From Planctomycetota bacterium (GTDB lineage Bacteria > Planctomycetota > Planctomycetia > JALXBF01), in NCBI GenBank assembly GCA_026991575.1, contig JALXBF010000016.1, positions 1-64,000 on the forward strand: DNA of 64,000 bases, given 5' to 3'. The position numbers and the translations under genes are program-made. Positions 1 to 10,600 of this stretch are shown here, in pieces. The notes below the pieces were generated by a model. The model searched no databases. It saw only the letters and a list, made by a program, of their open reading frames with translations, and was not told the origin of the DNA. Position 1 is the first letter of the stretch. Each line of letters opens with the position of its first letter.

Positions 1-167
1 GACGACGAGCTGGTGGGCCTTGAACTCTGACCGCAGGCGTCTGCAGCTAGCGGTCCGAGACTAGCTGGAGCTCTGAGCGGCAGAGACCGCGGACAGCTGG
101 GCGCGGGCTGTGAACTGACAGAGCAACGGACTGGTCATAGCGGAGGTGAGAACGCGTCGTGTGCAAC

Positions 168-3100
168 ATGCGGCCATTGATCCGTGCGTTCCGTGCCGTG
201 GTGAGCTTGTGGCGTCACACTGCGGCCGTCCATCTTGCAACGGCCGGCTTTCTCGGGGGCATCTTCTGGTGGCTGACGTATCTACCAAATGGTGTGTCCC
301 CGGAGGCCGAGTCTGAGGCTGTCGCTGCCGACCGGCGTGCCGTCCAGAACAAGGCACGCAAGAGAAGTTATCCCGCTCGCGTCGCCGACCAACTGGCGAT
401 CGATTCTCCGCCGTTATCTGCTCGGGAACAGCAGCGACTGTTTCACCTGCCGGACGGCTTCGAGATCGAGCTTGTGCTGTCGGAGGGTCCCGGCGTCGGC
501 AAGTTCGTCACGGTTGCGTTTGACCCGGCAGGCCGGCTGTGGACGATGACGGCGCTGGAGTACCCGGTGGACGCAAATGACGATCCGGAGGCATCGCGTC
601 AGCTATTCGAGCGAGGGGGGCGAGACAAGGTGCTCGTGCTGGACGATCCCTACGGGCCGCAGCCAGCTGAGCCGCGCGTCTTCGCGGACGGCCTGGCCAT
701 TCCCCTTGGGATTCTCCCTTACCGCGACGGTGTCTTCGTGCAGTACGGGGAGGAGATTCGGTTCTACGAGGACCGCAACGGCGACGGGCGAGCGGACGGG
801 TACCGGGTCGTGCTGACTGGCTTTGGTACCCAGGACTCTCACCTTTTCCCCCACCAGTTCACCCGGGTACCCGGGGGCTGGGTGCTGATGGCCCAGGGTT
901 TGTTCAACGTGTCGGTGGTGCGTCGCCCGGACGGTCGGCCCTTTGCCGGGGGGCAACAGCAGGTCGTGTTCCGGCACTGCAAGCTGGCCCGTTTTCGGCT
1001 CGATGGTTCCGACTTCGAACTGCTCACGGCCGGCCCGAACAACATCTGGGGCCTGACGATCTCGCACGAAGGCGAGATCTGGATCCAAGAGGCGAACGAC
1101 CTGGGCTATCCGATTATCCCGTTCATGCCCGGCGGTCGCTATGCCACGCCGTCGCCGGATCGGTTGAAACCGTACCAGCCGCTCATGCCGCCGCCGCTTA
1201 GCCCGCCACAGATGGGCGGCACGGGTCTCAGTGGGCTTGCGCTGGCCGATGACCGGGACGGCTGGCCCGTGCCCTGGGGAGCTCGAGGGCGGCGCCCTGG
1301 AGGGCCGCGCCGCTTCTACGTGGCCAACCCGGTCATCGGCCGGATCCAGGTGATTGAAGCAGTACCTCTGGGCGGTGGTCGCTATCGGTACCGGAAACTG
1401 GACGATTTCCTGCGGTGCGACGACCCACGGTTTCGGCCCGTGGCCCTGCAGTTTGGGCCGGACGGGTGCCTGTACGTCGTCGACTGGTACAACAAGATCA
1501 TTTCCCACAATGAGGTGCCGAGAAACCACCCGGAGCGCGACCGGACGCGTGGGCGCATCTGGCGAATCCGGCATCGGAGCCAGCCACGGCGCAGACCGCC
1601 GGACCTGACGCGGCTGTCACCCCGCGAACTGCTGGCTTACCTGGGGGCGGACAACACGCTGCTGGCTCAGCTTGCCTGGCAGCAAATTGTCGATCGGCGC
1701 GAGGTGACGCTGGTGCCCGATCTGCGGCGCATCGTTGCCGATCAGAGCCAGCCGGATTCTCGCCGACTCGGGGCGCTCTGGGCCTTGGAAGGACTGGTCA
1801 CGGTCTCCGGCGAGCTCCTTGTCCAACTGGCCCGCGATCCGAGTCCGCACCTGCGGCGCGAGGCGGTTCGCATCGCCGGCGCGCAGCGCCGTCCCGAGCA
1901 CGAGTTCGTCACCGTGGCAGAGCTGCTGCTGGACGATCCGGACTGGCGCGTCCGAGCGGCGCTGGGCGATAGCCTGCGCCGCGTCGAGCTAAGCTCCGAG
2001 AAGGGCATGGCCCTGCTGCTCCGCTACGCGAAGCCGCCGCTGGATGGTGGTGACCCGTGGTGCCGGTATGAGCGGGCGTTGGAACGGTTCTTGGTTCGCT
2101 GGGCCATGGAGCGACACGCTCGGCGCCTGGCCCAGTTCTTGCAAAGCCCGGCGGCGGAACGGTTCCCGTTGGAAAGTCGTCTGCTGGCCACACTGGCACT
2201 GCCTGGGCCGGTCGGCGCCGTCGCGCTGGTCAGGATGATCCCCCGGCTGCAGCGGCCGCTTGATGTGGAGGAAATCCGACTGTTGGCGCAGTACATGCAC
2301 GAGCCGGCGGTGGCCGAAGCGCTGCGTCAGGCGCTGGGCGAGGTGGGGCGGACTGCGCGGACGCTGCAGGTGCTGCTCGAATTGCGCAACGAACTGGACC
2401 TGACCGCGCTGCAACCCGAGATTGCTTCGGCCGTGGTGCGTCTGTGGCACGAGGCACCGGTCGAGGAGGCCACACGGCTGCTGCTGGTCGATGCCGCCGG
2501 CGCGTTTCGGGTGAGCGAGATGGAACAGGCGCTACTTCAGTTGGCCGGGGACGAGCAAGCCTCCGAGCGGTTGCGCCGCGCCGCACTCAGGGCGCTGCGC
2601 GGCATCGGGGTCCGTCGGCCACAGCCTCTGCTTGCGCTGATCGAGCAGGAGCCGCCGGGAAGTCGCTTGCGCGAACTTGCGCTGACTGCGCTTGCCGAAT
2701 CGAGTGAGCCTTCCGCTCAGCGCGCCGTCGCAAAACGGCTGAGCGAGTTGACCGCGGCCGAGAAGCGGCTGGTCCTGGGGCGACTCGCCAGCTCTCGGCC
2801 AGGGGCCCGGGCCATACTGGCTGCCATCGAGCGCGGTGACCTGGAAAGCGAGGAGCTCCCGATCCGCGTGCTGGAGCAACTACGTGTGCTGCTGCCTGAG
2901 AGTGAGACCGTGCGCGAGCTGTGGGCCGAGGTGGCGGATCGCGTCCAGTACGTGCTTCGACTGAACGGTGGCCCAAACGACTACGTGGCTGACCCGATCA
3001 CGCTGAAGGGGCCGTTTACGGTGGAAGCTTGGGTGCGCCTGGATCCGGACATCAGCAACGCGGATGGCATCCTTGCCGCACCCGGTCAGTTGGACATGAA

Positions 3101-3992
3101 CTTCTACCAGGCGCGCTTTCGTGTGTGGGTCCAGGGCCATCATGACATTGTCATCGCACGGCGAGAAGTCAAGCCGGGGTCGTGGACGCACGTTGCCGTG
3201 ACTCGGGACGGACAGGGCCGGTTCCGGATCTACATCAATGGGGAGCTGGACGCGGTCAGCAAAGAAAAGGAAACGAGGTCGTTTGTTGGCTTGCAGATCG
3301 GGCGGACCATCCCGTCACGGACCGGCACTAGGGGGGAGATTGCGGAATTCCGTGTCTGGAACCGGGCGCTGTCGGACGCAGAGATTCGCGACCGCTTCGA
3401 TTGGACTTATCGCGGCAGCCAGAGGCCGGCCGGGCTGGTGCTCTATCGTGCCGGGCGCGATTGGGGAAGGTTAAGCGGTTCAGCCGCTGTGGTTCCCGTG
3501 ATGGACGGCCCGGTGCTACAGACGCCGGCTGAGGCGCGGGCGAGAGCGGCGCTGTTTGAACGTTACCGCAGGCTGGCTTCTCAACCGGGCGATCTGAAGC
3601 GTGGCCGGGCGCTGTTCGAACGCCACTGCCTGGTCTGTCACACGGTTGGCGGCAAGGGGGGCCAGATCGGCCCCCCGCTGGACGGGGTCGGGCTAAAGGG
3701 ACTGGAGTCGCTCCTGCGCAACGTGCTGACGCCCAGCGCCGCGGTGGAGGCAGGATACCGGAACTACCGCGTGCTGACCGAGGACGGCCGGCTGATAGAG
3801 GGATTGCTGGTGGCCGAGACGGAGGATGCGGTCGTGATCCGTCAGCCAGATCGACCCGACCAGCGCATTGCGAAGCGCGCGATCGCCCGGGCAGGATACA
3901 CGCGGACCTCGGTGATGCCAGAGGGACTGTTGCAGGGGCTGCGCGATGAGCAAGCTCGCGATTTGCTGCGGTACGTGCTGTCGCTGAAATGA
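168..3992 (+). CDS. PVC-type heme-binding CxxCH protein (membrane-bound dehydrogenase-like propeller, HEAT-like repeats, LamG-like domain, C-terminal cytochrome c)
   Basis: Long ORF with FHLPDGFEIELV, FRPVALQFGPDGCLYVVDWY, a LamG-like segment (FTVEAWV...WTHVAVT...IYING...EFRVWNRALS), CLVCH heme motif and IGPPLDGVG/SVMPEGL. Start could be 159 or 168. Confidence 0.85.
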   Translation: MRPLIRAFRAVVSLWRHTAAVHLATAGFLGGIFWWLTYLPNGVSPEAESEAVAADRRAVQNKARKRSYPARVADQLAIDSPPLSAREQQRLFHLPDGFEIELVLSEGPGVGKFVTVAFDPAGRLWTMTALEYPVDANDDPEASRQLFERGGRDKVLVLDDPYGPQPAEPRVFADGLAIPLGILPYRDGVFVQYGEEIRFYEDRNGDGRADGYRVVLTGFGTQDSHLFPHQFTRVPGGWVLMAQGLFNVSVVRRPDGRPFAGGQQQVVFRHCKLARFRLDGSDFELLTAGPNNIWGLTISHEGEIWIQEANDLGYPIIPFMPGGRYATPSPDRLKPYQPLMPPPLSPPQMGGTGLSGLALADDRDGWPVPWGARGRRPGGPRRFYVANPVIGRIQVIEAVPLGGGRYRYRKLDDFLRCDDPRFRPVALQFGPDGCLYVVDWYNKIISHNEVPRNHPERDRTRGRIWRIRHRSQPRRRPPDLTRLSPRELLAYLGADNTLLAQLAWQQIVDRREVTLVPDLRRIVADQSQPDSRRLGALWALEGLVTVSGELLVQLARDPSPHLRREAVRIAGAQRRPEHEFVTVAELLLDDPDWRVRAALGDSLRRVELSSEKGMALLLRYAKPPLDGGDPWCRYERALERFLVRWAMERHARRLAQFLQSPAAERFPLESRLLATLALPGPVGAVALVRMIPRLQRPLDVEEIRLLAQYMHEPAVAEALRQALGEVGRTARTLQVLLELRNELDLTALQPEIASAVVRLWHEAPVEEATRLLLVDAAGAFRVSEMEQALLQLAGDEQASERLRRAALRALRGIGVRRPQPLLALIEQEPPGSRLRELALTALAESSEPSAQRAVAKRLSELTAAEKRLVLGRLASSRPGARAILAAIERGDLESEELPIRVLEQLRVLLPESETVRELWAEVADRVQYVLRLNGGPNDYVADPITLKGPFTVEAWVRLDPDISNADGILAAPGQLDMNFYQARFRVWVQGHHDIVIARREVKPGSWTHVAVTRDGQGRFRIYINGELDAVSKEKETRSFVGLQIGRTIPSRTGTRGEIAEFRVWNRALSDAEIRDRFDWTYRGSQRPAGLVLYRAGRDWGRLSGSAAVVPVMDGPVLQTPAEARARAALFERYRRLASQPGDLKRGRALFERHCLVCHTVGGKGGQIGPPLDGVGLKGLESLLRNVLTPSAAVEAGYRNYRVLTEDGRLIEGLLVAETEDAVVIRQPDRPDQRIAKRAIARAGYTRTSVMPEGLLQGLRDEQARDLLRYVLSLK

Positions 3993-4250
3993 CCGATGCC
4001 GGTGCACCGGTCAAGCCGCTACCGTTGCCGCAGCCTGTGTTGCACAGCAACACGGCGTCGCTGCAAGCGAGCGGACGCGTCCCCTGCCGCATCGCGCTTC
4101 CGGCCGCACAGCCGGCCTGACCCAGATTCTAAGGTGCGCGAACGGGTTACGGACAGGGGGCCGGCCGTTTGGGCGGTCCCGTCCTACGACGCTCCTGTCC
4201 GTGCCGTCAGGGGGCCGGCTCCTGCGATAGCGTCCTCGGGCCATTGCGGG

Positions 4251-4472
4251 CTAGGGCGACGGTTGCGTGCCGCGAGCGGACTGTCTCAAGGCTGCAGCTT
4301 CGTTGGCCAGCTTGAAATCGGGGCCCGGGGCGAAATACTGGACGTCATCGCGCAGGTAGTAAGGGGAGGGCAAGGTCATGCCGGCGCGGTCGACCTGGCA
4401 TCCGGCCAACCAGCCTAGAGCGGCCAGCACGAGCGAAGCCAAAGCAGCTCGGACCGTCTTGCGACTCTGCAT
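4251..4472 (-). CDS. small lipoprotein, Planctomycete-type conserved hypothetical
   Basis: Signal peptide with LAGC lipobox, followed by GMTLPSPYYLRDDVQYFAPGPDFKL; GGAG upstream of ATG. Confidence 0.7.
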   Translation of the reverse strand: MQSRKTVRAALASLVLAALGWLAGCQVDRAGMTLPSPYYLRDDVQYFAPGPDFKLANEAAALRQSARGTQPSP

Positions 4473-4701
4473 CGTCTCCTTCTCCAGCTCGGAGCCACTG
4501 GCGGCGGTCCTTACCGCGTCACGGACGCGCCACCGGACCTCCCTGCCTCATCGGCAAGACCGCTGTCATCGTGGTGAGTCACACTTTCGCTATCGGCGAT
4601 CGATTCGCTGCAACTTGACCCTTTGCCCATCAAAGGCAACGGCCCGGGACCAGTGGTCCCGGGCCGATCGTGCGCTCTAACTGGTGCGGGTGGTGTTGTG
4701 G

Positions 4702-5331
4702 CTAGAGCCCAGCGGCTGGGATCAACTGCAGCTTGCCCCTGGACTGAGTCGAGCCTTCTGGGGCTGCCGGTTGCGGAGTCGGCACCTTCGGCTGCTCGAC
4801 CTCAGGCTCCGCGGCGGGGGCAGGGGCGGGTGCAGGCGGTGCCGGTGCCGTCTCGACAGCGGGCCCACACAGCGAGCAGCCCGGCTGGAAGGTGGGCACC
4901 AGCGGCGGAGCCCACACGGTCGGGACACCGGCGCAGACGGAGCAAGCGGATGCATTCCATGCGTTGTGGATACAGGCCTTGATACGGTGCACCTTGTGGG
5001 CGAGTAAGTTGACGCTTGCGCCGGCCAGGGCTCCGATGCCCTGTACGGTTGCGCGTGCGGCGTGGCCGACGGTGCGCGCAGCGCTGTGGAGCGCAGCACC
5101 GGTGTGATAGAGCGTTTCACGCGCATGGTCGTGCAGGCTCTGGCCGCAGCAACCCGGATAAGGCAACGCCGGCAGTGCCGGCAGAGCCACCTGCGGCCCT
5201 TGACACGTGGTGCAGTTCATCAGGCCGTGTTCATAGCAAGCGAGTCGGATGGGGGCATCTCCTGCCCGTGCCGCCTTGACTGCCAGGGCAAGCACCGCCG
5301 CTGCGACTGCCAACGCTAACGCCTTTCGCAT
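4702..5331 (-). CDS. secreted Cys/His-rich, Pro-rich hypothetical protein
   Basis: Clear Sec signal (MRKALALAVAAAVLALAVKAARA), CxxC motifs, PAPA tail; AGGAAGG upstream. Confidence 0.7.
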   Translation of the reverse strand: MRKALALAVAAAVLALAVKAARAGDAPIRLACYEHGLMNCTTCQGPQVALPALPALPYPGCCGQSLHDHARETLYHTGAALHSAARTVGHAARATVQGIGALAGASVNLLAHKVHRIKACIHNAWNASACSVCAGVPTVWAPPLVPTFQPGCSLCGPAVETAPAPPAPAPAPAAEPEVEQPKVPTPQPAAPEGSTQSRGKLQLIPAAGL

Positions 5332-5524
5332 CGCTGAACCTCCTAACCGCAGTGTGTTTCGTCCTTCCGGAAACTTGCCGCGCCCTGGTCGGTTCCGGGC
5401 GCAGTCATTCCCTTGCCTAGTGGCTAGTCAACTATGCCCTACGCATGCGCGGATGACAAATCCGCAGCGGCGATTTGGCTGGCAAACTCGGTAAAGCGTA
5501 ACTGGCCTGTGGGATCTGCCGGCG

Positions 5525-6823
5525 TTAGCGCCCCTGATCCACAAGCCAACGCAGCGCCTTGTCACCGATGTCGTGGCGGCACCAGCCTCCGGGCGTCTTG
5601 ATGAGCCGGATTGCTTCGTACGCTTTTCGCTTGGCCTCCGGCAGGCTGTCGCCCAAGGCAGTAACCCCCAGGATGCGGCCACCGTCGACCACGACCTGAC
5701 CGTCACGCAGGGCGGTACCGGCGTGAAAGACCTTGACGTCCGCCATGGCTTCGGCCTGTTCGATTCCCGTGATCGGCTGGCCCTTCGTGTACTTTCCCGG
5801 GTAACCTTCGGCGGCCAGCACAACGCACAGCGCTGCTCGATCGTCCCAGGCGATCGCCGGATGCTGATCGAGCCGGCCGTCGACGGCCGCATCCAGTAGC
5901 TCGTACAGATCCGTCTGAAGCCGCATCATAAGTGGTTGGCATTCGGGATCGCCGAACCGGACGTTGAACTCCAGCACCTTCGGGCCTGATGGCGTGAGCA
6001 TCAGGCCGGCGTACAGCACCCCTTGGAACGGTATTCCCTGCCGCTTCATCTGGTGTACTGCGGGGACAAGGATCCGCTGGTCAATCTCTTCGAGCAACTC
6101 GGGCGTCGCCATCGGGGCCGGGCTGTAGGCGCCCATGCCGCCGGTGTTCGGACCGCGGTCCCCATCGTAGGCCGCTTTATGGTCCTGGGCCGGTTCCAGC
6201 CGGGCAAGGGTTCGGCCGTCGCAGATGGCCAGCACGCTAAGTTCTTCGCCGCGCAGTCGCTCTTCGATGACGATGCGCTCGCCAGCGTCTCCGAACGCCC
6301 GCTGGCGCATGATCAGGTCCACGGCGGCGAATGCCTCCTTGGGGGTGTCGCAAACGATGGAGCCCTTGCCCGCTGCCAGCCCGTCGGCCTTGACGACCAC
6401 GGGCACATCGCCCAGCGAACGCAGATAACGGTCTGCCTCGTCCGGGTCGTCGAACGTTGCAAACTCCGCGGTCGGGATCGCTGCCCGCCGCATCAGCTGT
6501 TTGGCGAAGACCTTGCTGCCCTCCAGCTGAGCCGCTTCGCGGGTGGGCCCGAAGATCCGCAGGCCGGCTTGCCGGAACGCATCGACGATGCCGGCGCACA
6601 AAGGGCCTTCCGGGCCGACGACCGTCAGCGTCACGTTCTGCTCTTGGGCAAAGCGGATGAGCCCCTCAAAATCGGTCGGGTCAATCGGTACGTTCACGAA
6701 CTCGCGGGCCGTGCCCGCGTTGCCGGGAGCCACGTAGACAGCTTGTACGTGGGGGCTCTGTGCGAGCTTCCACGCCAGCGCGTGCTCGCGGCCGCCGCGA
6801 CCGACAACAAGCACGTTCGCCAC
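5525..6823 (-). CDS. purD: phosphoribosylamine--glycine ligase
   Basis: GRGGREHALAW, VVKADGLAAGKG, QDHK..YDGDRGPNTGGMGAYSP, EFNVRFGDPE motifs. Confidence 0.97.
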   Translation of the reverse strand: MANVLVVGRGGREHALAWKLAQSPHVQAVYVAPGNAGTAREFVNVPIDPTDFEGLIRFAQEQNVTLTVVGPEGPLCAGIVDAFRQAGLRIFGPTREAAQLEGSKVFAKQLMRRAAIPTAEFATFDDPDEADRYLRSLGDVPVVVKADGLAAGKGSIVCDTPKEAFAAVDLIMRQRAFGDAGERIVIEERLRGEELSVLAICDGRTLARLEPAQDHKAAYDGDRGPNTGGMGAYSPAPMATPELLEEIDQRILVPAVHQMKRQGIPFQGVLYAGLMLTPSGPKVLEFNVRFGDPECQPLMMRLQTDLYELLDAAVDGRLDQHPAIAWDDRAALCVVLAAEGYPGKYTKGQPITGIEQAEAMADVKVFHAGTALRDGQVVVDGGRILGVTALGDSLPEAKRKAYEAIRLIKTPGGWCRHDIGDKALRWLVDQGR

Positions 6824-7003
6824 GGCTGGTCCTCCAAGAAGCGGATCCCTGTCTCCTGGCCAACGCTCTGCAATCCTACACAGCTCACCCCAATGCGACG
6901 ACCGCTGCGCCGCGGTGCGCCGTCCCGAGTCGGGTTATACTGAATGGGAGCCGCTCGTTGCGTCCGTGGCGGACGCCAACCGCCATTGCGGGAGTAGCAC
7001 GTC

Positions 7004-7657
7004 GTGCCTGCGCAGGAACCGTCCCGACAAGAGCAGGGCCCTGTCGATCCGAGGCAGATTGAAGCGCTTCTGGAGCGACTGTCCGGTGGCGACACGGAAG
7101 CGTTCGCCGAGCTTTTCGACCTGTACCGCAGCATGCTTAAGGACCGGCTGGCCGCTCGCATCGGGCCCGATCTGGCACGCAAGGTGGACGCTTCCGACAT
7201 CGTGCAGGAGACGTTCCTGAGTGCGGCGCGCCACGTGGCGGAGTTTCGGGGGGCTACGTTGGAGTCTTTCCTTCAGTGGCTTTCCGTGATTGCTTCCCGC
7301 CGGATCACGGACGCGTACCGGCACTACCTCGCATACGAAAAGCGGAACGTGCGCCGCGAGGTTGCGTTGCCGCTCGGTGACAGCGCCGACGGGCGAGCGG
7401 GCTATGCGCTGCTGCCCGACGGCACGCTCGGCCCGGCACACCACGCCGTGACCTCCGAACTGCGCCAGCGTGTGCGGCAGGCGATCGAACAGCTGCCGGA
7501 GAACTATCGCGAGGTAATCCGGCTGCGTTTCTTCGAAGGGCTGAAGTTGGAGGAGATCGCCCGGCGGTTGGGCAAGTCCAAAGGGGCAGTTGCCATGCTG
7601 CTGAGCCGTGCCGGTGAGAAGTTGCGGACCCTGCTGCCCGAGGTGAGCGGGTTGTGA
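7004..7657 (+). CDS. ECF-type sigma-70 factor (Planctomycete, kinase-associated type)
   Basis: sigma2 region (LARKVDASDIVQETFL, FLQWL) and sigma4 (LPENYREVIRLRFFEGL..EEIA); stop overlaps the kinase start (GTGA). Confidence 0.9.
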   Translation: MPAQEPSRQEQGPVDPRQIEALLERLSGGDTEAFAELFDLYRSMLKDRLAARIGPDLARKVDASDIVQETFLSAARHVAEFRGATLESFLQWLSVIASRRITDAYRHYLAYEKRNVRREVALPLGDSADGRAGYALLPDGTLGPAHHAVTSELRQRVRQAIEQLPENYREVIRLRFFEGLKLEEIARRLGKSKGAVAMLLSRAGEKLRTLLPEVSGL

Positions 7658-10600
7658 GCGGGCAACAGCATCGTGCGGCCAACCAGCAAGACCCGTCGAC
7701 CCACGAGGAGCAGGTTGGGCTGTTGTTGGCAGCCTTCCTGGAAGCACGCGAACGCGATCCGGAGCTTAGACCAGAACAGTTCCTGGACACGGTGCCCGAG
7801 AAGCTCAGGGAGGCGGTCCGCGCCGCCATCGAGTCGGTGCTGTGGCTGGAGGCTGTGGAACCGCACGGGCGGCAGCGGCCCGAAGAACCCTCCGCTGGCA
7901 AACAGTTCGGCCATTACCGTTTGATCCAACGGCTGGGAGAGGGCACAGGCGGCACGGTGTACCTGGCGGAGCATACGTTGCTGAAGCGGCGGGTGGCGTT
8001 GAAGCTGCTTGCTGAACCGTGGACCGCAGACCCCGGCCGACGTGAGCGATTCGAGCGTGAAGCACGGGCGATAGCGCGGCTACACCACACGAATATTGCT
8101 CCCCTCTTCGAGTACGGCCGATGCCAGGGGCGGCTGTTCTTTGCGATGCAGTACATCGAGGGCTGGACGCTGGCGGAGTTGATTTGCTACGCCAGGGAGG
8201 GGGATCAATGGAAGGAACTGCCGGAGCCGATCAAGCAACTGGTACGGGAGGCTCGGCGCCGCGGCGGGTTCCGGCCGCAACAGGTGGCGGAATGGGGGGC
8301 TCAGGCGGCAGCTGCCCTGGCGCACGCGCACGGGCAGGGGGTAATCCACCGGGACATTAAGCCCTCCAATCTCGTGCTTGACCGCCAGGGCCGGCTCTGG
8401 GTGGTGGACTTCGGGCTTGCGTTGCTGCCGGACGATGCTGGCCTGACCCTGCCGGGCGTGCCCGTCGGCACGCCGCGGTACATGAGTCCGGAGGTGGCTC
8501 GTGGCGGACCGGCAACGGAACGCAGTGACCTATACTCGCTCGCGGCAGTCCTCTATGAGCTGCTGACGCTCAGGCCGGTTCTCCCCGGTGAGGAAGTGGC
8601 GGAGGTGCTGGAGGCGGCGCGGCAGTTCGAGGGGGTTCGCTTCGAGCGCCGGGAACTATCGCGTATCGGGCGTGATCTGGCTGCCGTGGTGCAGGCTGCA
8701 CTGGAGCCGGATCCGCGCCACCGGCTGGCGACGGCGGAGGTCCTGGCAGAGGAGCTGCGGCGGGTGTTAGCGGGGGAGCCGGTGCGGCTGCGCCGCTGGG
8801 CCACCCTGCGCACCGCGGCTCGTTGGGCTCGGCGTCATGCTGCCGTTACCGCCGTTGCCGGTGTGCTCGGGACCATTGCGATTGGCCTGGCGGTGTGGCG
8901 CCACGTGGACGTGGCGGCTGCACGTCGCCAGGCGGAAACCAACGCTCGCCGCGCCGAGAGCGCGCTCCGTCAGGCTCGCGCCGAACTGGTCCGGTCGCAC
9001 ATCGCCGATGCGCGCGCGTGGGTACGGAGCCGCGTCAACGGTCGACGGGCACACGCGCTGCGCAGCCTCCAGGAAGCTCGACGCTACCTTGATGCCGTCG
9101 ACGGCTCGGTCGCGGCCGACTGGTGGGATGCGTGGCTTGCTGCGCAAGGCTGCCCGGACTTGACTTACCAGCCGCTTGCCCACCGTGCCGTGTCCCATCC
9201 GCTTGAATCCCTCTTGGGTGGTAGCACCCGTGGTGCCCAACCCGAGCCGTGGACCTCGCTGGAAGTGGTTGTGCCGCAGCAGCGCGGGCAGCAACTCGTG
9301 GTTGGCACCACCCGCTCAGGATTGCTGTTCCGGCTGCTTGAGGGCCGGCCTGAGGTCATCGTGGAGCTGCCCGGGGAACAGAGCACGCTGTGCGGCTCAG
9401 CCTACCCGTGGGTTGTCGCTGCGGGAGAAGACGGTGCCTGGGCCGTGGACCTGACGAGCGGAGCTGTCCAGCAGATCTGTGACGGACCAACGCTCGCTGC
9501 CGCCGTGGCGTCCGCGGCGAGTCGGATTGCCGTGGCAACGCGGGGAACGGTCGCCATCTACGAGCTGGCCGGCACCGCCTGGGAGGAGGCTGCCCGGTTG
9601 GCGCTACCTAGCGGACCGGCAGTCGCGCTGGCGTGGGACTGGGCGGGCAAGCTGCTGGCAGTGGTGACGGATCGGCCACCGGAGCTGACGGTCTACACGG
9701 TGCCCGCGGGCCGGGCGATCTGGCGGATTGACCTGGCTGAGGGGGAGCGTTCTGCCGTGCTGCGCTCGGCCACGTTGGCGTTTCTGCCCACGGGTCAGGT
9801 GGCGCTGGGCTTGGCAGATGGCAGCGTGCGCGTCGTGTCGCCGCAGACCGGTCTGGGGGATCTGCTGCGAAGTCACCGCTCCGCGGTAACCGCCTGCGTT
9901 GCTGTGGACGATGGTGTGCGGCTGATGACGGCCGATCGAGCCGAAGTGACTCTCTGGAACCTGGTCCGAGGGGAGCCGTTGTGTCCGTCGTTGAGGCTGC
10001 CAACGGCCGTTGAGCGCGTCACTGCGTTGTCGGCCGGTGAGTGGCTGGTCGGCTCGGCCGAAGGGTGGTACCGCGTGCGGTTTCGACCGAGCGGCCGCCT
10101 GTACCGCGCGTTGCCCGTGCTGGCCCGGCGTGTCGTAGCCGGCACGTTTTGTGCTAGTTCGATCGTGCTGGCCGGTGCGGACGGTGAGCTGTTGGTCGTC
10201 GGTCCGCGCGGCGAACAGCGGCGGTACCGGTTACCCGGGTCGCCCCAGCGGCTGCAGCGGCAGTCGGCGGACCTGGTGGTCTGCTATCTTGCCGATGGCC
10301 GGCGTGTGGTATTGGACGTAGCCGGCGGGCGACTGAAGGTGCCGCGTGTCGACACCAGCGCGGTGGGGGGGGCCGCCTCTGGCGGAACCGCCCCGAGTGC
10401 TGCTCAGCAGGCCGTGACGCGGTGGCCTGGCCCGGTGGCCGGCGATGGTGCCGATCGTGACACCGGCGAGCTGTTGTCGGTCGTGCGGTGGCATGGCGAG
10501 AGCGACGTGCTGACGGTTGCTTTGGTGGCTGGGCGTGATGGGGGCCGAGACGTGCTGCTGTGGCGGAGCGATCGGCAGGGCAAGTTGGTTCGGTTGCTTG

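Noticed and set aside
1..30. Possible 3' end of an upstream gene (DDELVGLEL-stop)
   Set aside because: Only nine codons are visible; cannot be supported.
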